Below, one piece after another: positions 46,242-53,352 of a DNA stretch of 60,101 bases. Location: the IMG/VR virus record IMGVR_UViG_3300020430_000017, positions 1 through 60,101 of that record. One strand, 5' to 3'. The translations under genes and the position numbers were made by a program. The notes under the pieces were generated by a model. That model was not told where the DNA came from, did not search any database, and saw nothing but the letters and a program-made list of their open reading frames with translations. The DNA is from a virus. Its lineage: Duplodnaviria; Caudoviricetes. Within the stretch, counting starts at the first letter, position 1. The number at the start of each line of letters is the position of its first letter.

Positions 46242-46401
46242 TTATCTGATTCTCCAATTCTGTAATCTGTTCCATAATAAAAGCCAATCCACGCAAGTTA
46301 CCATTCCGCTGGTAAATCATCGCTTGTTCTTGTAGCTTAGATATTTGTTTTGTAATCTTGTTTCGCTTTCTCTTATTCAAGAAATCAGTTAAAAATTTCA
46401 C
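46234..46401 (-). CDS. 55 aa helical protein (DUF6435-like)
   Basis: Not in the track. GTG overlaps the uvsE stop; LQEQAMIYQRNGNLR. Confidence 0.6.
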   Translation of the reverse strand: MKFLTDFLNKRKRNKITKQISKLQEQAMIYQRNGNLRGLAFIMEQITELENQIND

Positions 46402-47330
46402 GCTGCCACCTCTTCTGCCAAAATCTCACGATAACGCAGCAGTGCCTGCTCCTTGAACTTAGCCTCGATCATAACATCAAAGTCATTACCGTAATCGTCG
46501 AAAGGTTTAATAACATAATCAGAATGAGCTTGTGGCTTGATCTTTGGATTGTTGTGCTCGACTGACCGCGACTCGGCATAGTGGACCACAGGCTTGATAT
46601 CGCCCCATGTAGATAGGGCTAGCTCTAGTGCTTCCTGTTCGGTCTGTCCACCGGGGTGAAGCATGTGATGGTGGTAGTCGAACACAATAGGGATGCCGAT
46701 GCGCTTGTATACGCCGTCGTATAACTCCTGTGTGGAATAGAGCGATGGCTTGTCGTCGTTCTCGACCGTAAGGCGTGAGCGCACAGACTCTGGCAAGCGT
46801 TCAAAGTTGCGACAGAAGTTGTCGAGGGCGAATGGCTTGTCGCCGTAGGCGGCACCGACGTGAATGTTGAGCTTGGCATACGGAGTGCGAGGCAAACCGA
46901 GAAGGTCGAACATGTCAGCATGCACAGTCAAGTCAGTAGCCGTAAGCTGAAAGACCCGCTCCTTGGGCGAAGCAAGTTTGTTGAATGGACCGGGGTGAGA
47001 TGTGAGCCGCATGCCGTGTTCGCGAGCAAAGTTGCCGGCTGAGAGGGCTGCAGCATGTAGAGCGCCGTAGTTAGGCATGTCCTCAAGGTTGTACTCGCTA
47101 GCCCACGGAATCATGTCCGATGACAGGCGATAAAAATAAATGTCATTCTCAAGATTCCATTCCAGAATCTTGCGCAAGTCACGCATGTTTTGCAAAGCTA
47201 GCTCGGAAGCATACTCAATGCCGCGCTCTTGGAATGTGCGCTTGATCATCGTGCGATTAGTGGTAATGCGTTGCGACTTGGGGCGGTCTGAGAATGTTTT
47301 GTTGATGCATGCGTAGCCGTAGTTTCTCAT
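46398..47330 (-). CDS. uvsE: UV DNA damage endonuclease
   Basis: GYACIN, FYRLSS, HPGPF, NIHVG, LTVENDD, FDYHHH, AHSD, EAKFKE. Confidence 0.93.
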   Translation of the reverse strand: MRNYGYACINKTFSDRPKSQRITTNRTMIKRTFQERGIEYASELALQNMRDLRKILEWNLENDIYFYRLSSDMIPWASEYNLEDMPNYGALHAAALSAGNFAREHGMRLTSHPGPFNKLASPKERVFQLTATDLTVHADMFDLLGLPRTPYAKLNIHVGAAYGDKPFALDNFCRNFERLPESVRSRLTVENDDKPSLYSTQELYDGVYKRIGIPIVFDYHHHMLHPGGQTEQEALELALSTWGDIKPVVHYAESRSVEHNNPKIKPQAHSDYVIKPFDDYGNDFDVMIEAKFKEQALLRYREILAEEVAA

Positions 47331-47355
47331 AGTGTGACTCCTGTTAAGTGTGTGT

Positions 47356-47384
47356 ACAATACCATATGCTGATTCATAATGCAA
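47356..47384 (-). promoter_or_regulatory. sigma70-type promoter of uvsE
   Basis: TTGCAT-N17-TATTGT. Confidence 0.5.
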
Positions 47385-47401
47385 GCGTTAAAAATAAAAA
47401 A

Positions 47402-47487
47402 TGGTAGGACTGGCGGGAATCGAACCCGCATGACCTATGGTCGAGAGATTTTAAGTCTCTTGTGTCTACCAATTCCACCACAGTCCC
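47402..47487 (-). tRNA. tRNA-Leu (anticodon TAA)
   Basis: GGGACTG acceptor, D-loop AATTGGTAGA, AGAGA-CTTAAAA-TCTCT, variable arm, GGTTCGATTCC, encoded CCA. Confidence 0.95.
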
Positions 47488-47494
47488 ATACGAA

Positions 47495-47530
47495 CAAAGA
47501 AACCCTCGGGGAGATAAACTCCCCGAAGGC
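47495..47530 (-). terminator. intrinsic terminator-like hairpin
   Basis: GCCTTCGGGGAG-TTTAT-CTCCCCGAGGGT then TTCTTT. Confidence 0.65.
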
Positions 47531-47543
47531 AAGGTTAATGTCA

Positions 47544-47891
47544 TTACCGACGACGTGGACGGTGCTGACGAGGGTTTGCTGGGCGGCGTTCCCAGTGACC
47601 GGGTACCCATACCCGACGATGGCTGCGACGAACCCAGTGACCGGGAACCCAAACAGCGTTTGAGTTTGGTCGGGCTGCTGGTCGGTTAGGACCAAAATCG
47701 CGTCCATAGACAGGATGTGACCAGTGGGCACGGTGAACACGGGTGGCAGGAACCCACACCCAAGTAACAGACACAGTAGGAGTACCTACGGTGACAGCAG
47801 CACGGGTGTTTGGACGATGCCGGTTGTGCGCATCAGCAATTTGCGGCGCTGCCAATGCAGCAGCCGCGAGGAACGTGATAAGGAATTTCAT
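47544..47891 (-). CDS. secreted protein with YXWGXW-like repeats
   Basis: Signal peptide ending ADA; WVWVP, VWVPGHW x2. Confidence 0.75.
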   Translation of the reverse strand: MKFLITFLAAAALAAPQIADAHNRHRPNTRAAVTVGTPTVSVTWVWVPATRVHRAHWSHPVYGRDFGPNRPAARPNSNAVWVPGHWVRRSHRRVWVPGHWERRPANPRQHRPRRR

Positions 47892-47923
47892 GTTTATACC
47901 TCCTTCCTTGTTTGTTCACTATG

Positions 47924-47951
47924 TTAGACGTATGAGACTACATTTTATTCA
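47924..47951 (-). promoter_or_regulatory. ECF-like promoter, copy 10
   Basis: TGAATA-N15-CGTCTAA; the -35 overlaps the recA stop codon. Confidence 0.7.
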
Positions 47952-49081
47952 TCCTTTTCTTCATTTTCTTCATAAAAATCTGAGGCTTCGCCAATACGTT
48001 GGTCGAACTTCATGATAACCTCATCGTCCATGATCTCCATGACCGTCTTGCGGAACTCAGGATCTTGCAGGCGCTCAACCCACTTTGAGGCTTGGAACTT
48101 AGGACCAACTGCCTCGCCCTTGCTGTCGAGCAGGGAGAACCAAGCGCCAGCGCGTGCAAGACGAGGCGAACTGTGGATTGCATCAAACCAGCTTTCCTCG
48201 TCCTGCACACCGATAGCGTCACCCCACAGAATCTTAAAGTTGCACTGTCGCCCCTGTGTGCCAAAGCGTGACTTTTCAAGCTTTACCTTGACCTCGGAGC
48301 CAATACGGAACCCTTTATCATCTGTGATATAACTCGCTTTCGCCTTACGACCGGTCAGCCAGATGCGCAAAGAATATGCGTAAATCATAGCCTTTCCACC
48401 GGGAGTCATGTAAGGGGTTGTCAGGGCTTCTGACGGCGAGCGCGTGATGTTGGTCTTAAGCTGATTAAGAACAAGGAACGTGCTCTGCGAATTGGCAATC
48501 GGCACAGTTAGTTTAGACATACCCTTCGCAAGAATACGTGCCTTAACTGCCATAGATGAAAGTGGGTTGAAGTCTCCCTCAACGTCTGATACAGACGGAG
48601 TTAGCGCAAGCGAATCCCACACAAACAACATGCGATTATCATTAGAGCCTAGAAGCTCTTCAATAGTCTCCAGCACAAACTCAACAGAAGTTGCCTGAAC
48701 ATACAAAAGGTTATTAAGATCGCACCCAGCGCGCTCAAGGAACGTCGGGTCAATCGCAGACTCAGAGTCAAAGTAAATAACGTCGATGCCCATCTTCTGT
48801 GCATTCGCCGCTACCTGCGCAGCCATGTAAGATTTGCCCGTAGCCTCAAGCCCAGCAATCTCAACCACCTTGCCGACTGGGATTCCTGCTAGTTGCCCAC
48901 GACAAATAATAGAATCAAGCCAGCGAGAGCCGGTAGGGATCCAGTCCTTTACCTCCGTTGGATTCTCTTCCTTAAGATCATGAGCCACGTTGTGACCAGC
49001 CTTCTTGTTGATCAGATCGCGCATTTGTGTGATAGAGAGCTTGCCAGCCCCATTTGATTTCTTAGATCGTGCCATTCTCAA
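47945..49081 (-). CDS. recA: RecA/UvsX recombinase
   Basis: IPTGS, GLEATGKS, DSE, WDS, NQLK, TPGGKA. Confidence 0.93.
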   Translation of the reverse strand: MRMARSKKSNGAGKLSITQMRDLINKKAGHNVAHDLKEENPTEVKDWIPTGSRWLDSIICRGQLAGIPVGKVVEIAGLEATGKSYMAAQVAANAQKMGIDVIYFDSESAIDPTFLERAGCDLNNLLYVQATSVEFVLETIEELLGSNDNRMLFVWDSLALTPSVSDVEGDFNPLSSMAVKARILAKGMSKLTVPIANSQSTFLVLNQLKTNITRSPSEALTTPYMTPGGKAMIYAYSLRIWLTGRKAKASYITDDKGFRIGSEVKVKLEKSRFGTQGRQCNFKILWGDAIGVQDEESWFDAIHSSPRLARAGAWFSLLDSKGEAVGPKFQASKWVERLQDPEFRKTVMEIMDDEVIMKFDQRIGEASDFYEENEEKDE

Positions 49082-49105
49082 TTTATTCTCCTGAGTAGTG
49101 ATACT

Positions 49106-49134
49106 ATAGTACCATAGATTATTTCGTTTGTCGA
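49106..49134 (-). promoter_or_regulatory. sigma70-type promoter of recA
   Basis: TCGACA-N17-TACTAT. Confidence 0.6.
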
Positions 49135-49153
49135 GCGATTTTTTTAAAAAGAT

Positions 49154-50113
49154 CTACCAAGGATCTCCGCTCATCTTTAGGGACGAAGCGAGCTTCTGTG
49201 ACTCAAACTTGAACCTCATCTTCATCACTCGCTTGCCGCCAGCCATAACACCAATCGAGTCATTGCCTACAGGTTGCAGTGTAATCTCGTCTGACATTAA
49301 AGCTTTATATTTTTCATTCTTAACCGGGTCTGAAATAGATGCGCTAAAGCCTTTCTTTCCACCGCCGCGACCGGTCACCTTAATATAATATGGATAGTTA
49401 TCCTTCGCGTCCATCCATACATCTAAAATATGCTGGCGAATGTCCTCTTGTGACATATTAGATATATGCTCCAGCAATACGCCGCGCAACGTGTTAAGCA
49501 TTGTTGCACCAATCTTTTCGGCTGCAGCTTTCAACTCTTCGTTGCCAACAGCACGTAAAAACTTTTTTCTCTCCTTGGCAGACCGAGGCAGACCCATGCT
49601 CTCAATAGCAATCTTGTCCATATCGTTCAATGCTGCAAGCAAATCAATGCCAAGCGACACCCCCACTGGTCGAACGCCGGGATTCTTAAATCCAATGTCT
49701 CCTGATGATTTTGTGCTCTTTGCGCTGATACCAAGAAACTCACCGCCAGAAAACTGTAACAGGATGTCGGTTGGATTACCAGCAGAGGCTTCTGTCCCGA
49801 CTGCTTGACTCAGAACGCCGGGGCGCGCTGTCCACCAGACATTAATAATATTGCCTTCCCAGCCATTCTCGTCAGCCCAATTCATAGTCTCATCGAACAT
49901 AGCTAGCGCACGACCCTGTTGGGCTTGAAACTCTTCGGGAGTCACCTGTGCTTGGCGTTGCAATAATGCTTGCTCTGCCTCTTCACCATTTACGAAGCGG
50001 TCCCAGCTATTTCCTGCTGCGATAAATCCAAATAAAATTTCGTTAATATCAGCACCAAGAGTGTTCTTTGACTCTCTCATATTGTCGCGAAACTTATGCA
50101 ATACTGGTTTCAT
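49154..50113 (-). CDS. putative restriction-endonuclease-like PD-(D/E)XK protein
   Basis: INE...NPTDILL...GISAK; adjacent to Dam; ACTAATTA upstream. Confidence 0.55.
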   Translation of the reverse strand: MKPVLHKFRDNMRESKNTLGADINEILFGFIAAGNSWDRFVNGEEAEQALLQRQAQVTPEEFQAQQGRALAMFDETMNWADENGWEGNIINVWWTARPGVLSQAVGTEASAGNPTDILLQFSGGEFLGISAKSTKSSGDIGFKNPGVRPVGVSLGIDLLAALNDMDKIAIESMGLPRSAKERKKFLRAVGNEELKAAAEKIGATMLNTLRGVLLEHISNMSQEDIRQHILDVWMDAKDNYPYYIKVTGRGGGKKGFSASISDPVKNEKYKALMSDEITLQPVGNDSIGVMAGGKRVMKMRFKFESQKLASSLKMSGDPW

Positions 50114-50117
50114 TTCT

Positions 50118-50963
50118 TTACCCTATAATTAGTATTTCAGATGAGGATCCCATCGTTTTTTTGCCGACGCATTTGCCATCGACCCACTCGACATTCTTCA
50201 TGCCGTACGCCCATTCAGCAGTGACGATCTTGCGGTTAGAATAGAGGTCACGCACCTCTGGACAATCATTATATGACATGACCCAATCGGATCTGTCGGA
50301 AATCAAGTTATAAAGCGCCATATGGTCGAAACCGGCGTGTAAGCCCCCTGCTTGCCCGTAGAGCATCGCTGCGTCTTCTGGCAGCATGTAGGGCGGGTCA
50401 AGGTACAGGAAGGCTCTAGGGTGCCATGGGAGGCTCGTCTGGAAGTCTGCATAGTCTACCCTGAAATTCTCGGCGTTAAACTTACGCAATCGGTCGATGG
50501 ATGATTGAGTGAATCGAGCGTATGATGCTCGCTTGGACCAGCCACCGGAAAAGGTAGCTCCTGAGAAGCTAGACCTATTGATTGCATAAAACTTTGCAGC
50601 CTTATCGTACGAGAACATGAACGATGGATCTCGTAGCTGTTCCCGAAAGTTAATAAAATCTTGTTTGGAGCATCCCTCTACAAGTTTAGTAATGCCCTTC
50701 TCTTCAATCTCATACTCCGTGCGCAAGCCAGCGACCTCATCAGCCAGCTTGTCATTGTCACCACAGAGTGCTTGCCAAAACCATACAAGGGGCACCAGCT
50801 TGTCATATCCAATGACTTTGGTGCCCCTTGATGCTACTGCTAATTCCACAGAGCCACCGCCAAAGAATGGCGAGCACAATCGTGGCACATCTTCCGGTAT
50901 GTATGGGAGTATGTGCTTAACAGCGCGTGACTTACCGCCGGGGTAACGTAGTGGAGTTTTCAT
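50118..50963 (-). CDS. DNA adenine methyltransferase (Dam/D12 class)
   Basis: RYPGGKSRA, SPFFGGGS, NRSSFSG, YLDPPY, SYND. Confidence 0.92.
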   Translation of the reverse strand: MKTPLRYPGGKSRAVKHILPYIPEDVPRLCSPFFGGGSVELAVASRGTKVIGYDKLVPLVWFWQALCGDNDKLADEVAGLRTEYEIEEKGITKLVEGCSKQDFINFREQLRDPSFMFSYDKAAKFYAINRSSFSGATFSGGWSKRASYARFTQSSIDRLRKFNAENFRVDYADFQTSLPWHPRAFLYLDPPYMLPEDAAMLYGQAGGLHAGFDHMALYNLISDRSDWVMSYNDCPEVRDLYSNRKIVTAEWAYGMKNVEWVDGKCVGKKTMGSSSEILIIG

Positions 50964-50966
50964 AAT

Positions 50967-51146
50967 TTACGAGTTTTTAGTATTCTGAACGTCAACACGA
51001 ATCTCTTGGGCTGCAGCCTTTACTTCCTGCATAGCCTTTCGGACGCGAGTTCCAGCGGCGTTATTGCCTTTCTCATAAAACTTATGAAAATCAACCTTTA
51101 CTTCTTCAAGCAAGGTGATCAACTGGTCTAGTTTATTGCAACTCAT
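50967..51146 (-). CDS. histone H1-like Hc1-family small protein
   Basis: Not in the track. DFHKFYEKGNNAAGTRVRKAMQEVK; AGGAGG RBS. Confidence 0.75.
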   Translation of the reverse strand: MSCNKLDQLITLLEEVKVDFHKFYEKGNNAAGTRVRKAMQEVKAAAQEIRVDVQNTKNS

Positions 51147-51161
51147 CTTAGTTCCTCCTAT

Positions 51162-51197
51162 AAAAAGTGGCAGACTTTAACCGGTCTGCCATCGGTT
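51162..51197 (-). ncRNA. H-type pseudoknot / terminator-like element
   Basis: AACCG-A-TGGCAGAC-CGGTT-AAA-GTCTGCCA-CTTTTT. Confidence 0.55.
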
Positions 51198-51201
51198 TGG
51201 T

Positions 51202-51318
51202 TTACTCTGCTGCTGTATCAACAGAGTCAGCGGCAGTGTCTTCACTGCCAGTGTCTTCGTCCTTATCGCCGCAAGCCACAAGAAGGCTAGCTGCAAGGAC
51301 AGTGAGAGCGAATCTCAT
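51202..51318 (-). CDS. 38 aa lipoprotein
   Basis: Not in the track. MRFALTVLAASLLVAC lipobox plus acidic tail; AAGGAGA RBS. Confidence 0.7.
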   Translation of the reverse strand: MRFALTVLAASLLVACGDKDEDTGSEDTAADSVDTAAE

Positions 51319-51376
51319 GTTGTCTCCTTGGGAAAGTGAGGCACCTGATGACCCTGTGCCTCCCTGTGGGCGGGCA

Positions 51377-52150
51377 CTATGCCCCCATCAGTTCATCAAA
51401 GGCGGCGTCAACCGGATCAGTCGTGGTGGTCGTCGCGGTGTACTTCTCAGTTTCATTAGAAGAAGTCTCGGCACTTTGATCCCCAGACAAATACTCATCA
51501 AGCATAGCGGACACCTCACCGGTAGTCTTACGCTCAAACAAGCCGTCGAAGTCGGGGATATTATCTAGAAGCTCTGCACAGCGCTCATCACCACCCACAG
51601 CTTCATCACAAAGCGGCGAGGAACGGCGACGAGGGGTCAGCTTCGTCTGGGGGAAAGACGCACCCGAAGGCTTGCCATATGTAAGAACCAAGTCGGTACC
51701 AGTCTCTGGATCAGTGATGTCACCGTACTCAGGGTTAAGGACCAGCCCCAGCAAGGACTCGTAAGCCATCTTGCCATAGCCCCAAGCGCGAACACCTTGG
51801 TCTTCTTCGCCTCGGACAAGAACAGGGCTAAAGAAGCGTTGGCGGGCGAAAAGCCCCTTTGCCATCTTCTTAGCTTCGTTGTCATCGTTTGCAGCACCCT
51901 CCTTCCAGAGTTGGGATGCAAACTCGCAAACCGGGCAGTCATCGCCGAAGTTGCGCTTAGGACAAAGGAAACCACGGTTTTGTCCCACGTTATAGTGGAA
52001 GTGGAACTCGCGGAAGGGGTCGCCATCTTCGGTGGGCACAATACGAATCGCTTGCTCACCGTCGCTGGGACGCCAGAACTTGTTGTCGCCAGAATCTTTG
52101 TTTTGGAGAGCGTCTAGCTTCGCTCTCATCTTTGACAGGTCAATTGCCAT
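51377..52150 (-). CDS. gp32-like single-stranded DNA-binding protein
   Basis: KFWRP, IRIVP, HY...CPK...CPVC zinc site, DITDPETGTD, acidic C-terminus. Confidence 0.85.
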   Translation of the reverse strand: MAIDLSKMRAKLDALQNKDSGDNKFWRPSDGEQAIRIVPTEDGDPFREFHFHYNVGQNRGFLCPKRNFGDDCPVCEFASQLWKEGAANDDNEAKKMAKGLFARQRFFSPVLVRGEEDQGVRAWGYGKMAYESLLGLVLNPEYGDITDPETGTDLVLTYGKPSGASFPQTKLTPRRRSSPLCDEAVGGDERCAELLDNIPDFDGLFERKTTGEVSAMLDEYLSGDQSAETSSNETEKYTATTTTTDPVDAAFDELMGA

Positions 52151-52207
52151 GTTTTTTACCTCTTGTTGTTATAGTCAAAGTGACAAATCTCTCACTTTGC
52201 TTTGCTT

Positions 52208-52236
52208 AGTATAGCCTATTCTGAATCATAAGTCAA
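52208..52236 (-). promoter_or_regulatory. sigma70-type promoter of the SSB gene
   Basis: TTGACT-N17-TATACT; leader hairpin at 52176-52199. Confidence 0.8.
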
Positions 52237-52244
52237 GCCTTTTC

Positions 52245-52502
52245 TCAACTATTTTCAAAGGGGCTATCAACCTCGATTTCGGTCACGTTGCCCTCCACAG
52301 TTTTCCAATTAAACATGCGGAATGCGTTCGTGTCCAAGTCCCAAACAAGTTCCATACCTTCGGCAAGGGTTGGCTTGCGCCCAGTGCCCTTGATTTGAGT
52401 AGTGATAAACTTGTCGGGAATATCTGTAATACGAATGAAACGCATGGTTCGCGCCTCACCATTCTTCTTTGTGAATGTGCCGTTGTAGGCTTTCATCAGC
52501 AT
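52245..52502 (-). CDS. WYL-like SH3-fold protein
   Basis: FTKKNGEARTM...VWDLDTNAFRMF. Confidence 0.7.
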   Translation of the reverse strand: MLMKAYNGTFTKKNGEARTMRFIRITDIPDKFITTQIKGTGRKPTLAEGMELVWDLDTNAFRMFNWKTVEGNVTEIEVDSPFENS

Positions 52503-53344
52503 TATACCTCCTGTTCTTGTACTTCTGATGAGTTGGCTATTAGATAGCCATAGTTGTCGTTATAGTCAGTAGAGTGAATCCGAACCGATACGATTGTTTC
52601 ATCCCCTACCATATTCGCGCTACGCTCGCGCAAAGTCGTGAAAAGATTTCCGTCTGTTTCCAGTTGTTCTTTGTTGATAGCATAAATATAGCATCTTTCA
52701 TTAATGGTGTCAAGAGGGAAAAACAACTTTTCTTCATTTTTCTCGATATCGACCAGACCGAACGTTGAAACCCGTGCTGTTGCCAGCGACGTGGACGGCG
52801 TGTTGTAGACCGTCTTGGTGTTCAGAAAAACGTTGGTCATGTGTACTGTCCCAGCAATCAATTCATTCAGTCGCTTATAATACCCGATGACTGGAACATT
52901 TACAAGGATTTTTTCAACTTCTTTGTTGTCGATCATGTAAAGCCGCTCAAACACTCCACTTCTTGCATACTGCTGCAGAACATTTCTCACCACACGCTCA
53001 TGAAGGCGAGACTCGTTATTGAGCAAAGTGCGATCTGGCATGACATAGAGAATGCTGACTTTGCACTTCTGCAGCTTCTCCAATACTCGCAGTGACGCTG
53101 CCGACACCCGACCAGCACCACAGACGATGAACAGCACTTCTGAGCCCTTGCGCAGATACCGAAAGAACGAGCGAAAGTTAATAGGAATCGTTTCATATTC
53201 CTCAATGTTGCCAACTTGTGGCAATGCAAAATTTCCTTTTTCCTTCGGCAGTCCCACGTCAAGTTTATAAATGTTATACTGTGGGTACTGAGCGAATTCC
53301 TCTGCGATGTTACAGCCCGCAGCGCCTAAGCCTACAATGTTCAC
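52502..53344 (-). CDS. divergent tubulin/FtsZ-like (PhuZ-like) protein
   Basis: IVGLGAAGCNIA, CGAGRVSAAS at the signature-loop position, MIDN, LNELIA. Confidence 0.65.
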   Translation of the reverse strand: MNIVGLGAAGCNIAEEFAQYPQYNIYKLDVGLPKEKGNFALPQVGNIEEYETIPINFRSFFRYLRKGSEVLFIVCGAGRVSAASLRVLEKLQKCKVSILYVMPDRTLLNNESRLHERVVRNVLQQYARSGVFERLYMIDNKEVEKILVNVPVIGYYKRLNELIAGTVHMTNVFLNTKTVYNTPSTSLATARVSTFGLVDIEKNEEKLFFPLDTINERCYIYAINKEQLETDGNLFTTLRERSANMVGDETIVSVRIHSTDYNDNYGYLIANSSEVQEQEV

Positions 53345-53352
53345 TGTTCACC

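Noticed and set aside
46370-46385. TTGAATAAG resembling the ECF -35
   Set aside because: No CGTCTAA at the required distance, and it lies inside the small ORF 46234-46401.
5711-47384. Longer N-terminal extensions in the ORF track (e.g. starts at 6022, 12681, 20995, 22115, 32913, 34102, 35559, 47384)
   Set aside because: They run into upstream genes or promoters. Internal starts with an RBS, stop/start overlap or the ACTANTTA motif fit better.
47374-47740. ORFs overlapping the tRNA (47374-47652, 47435-47740)
   Set aside because: They overlap the tRNA-Leu, the terminator and the better-supported 47544-47891 gene.
36148-49081. Inteins or introns in dnaE, nrdJ, helicase or recA
   Set aside because: Lengths are normal, reading frames are continuous, and no splicing or LAGLIDADG motifs were seen.
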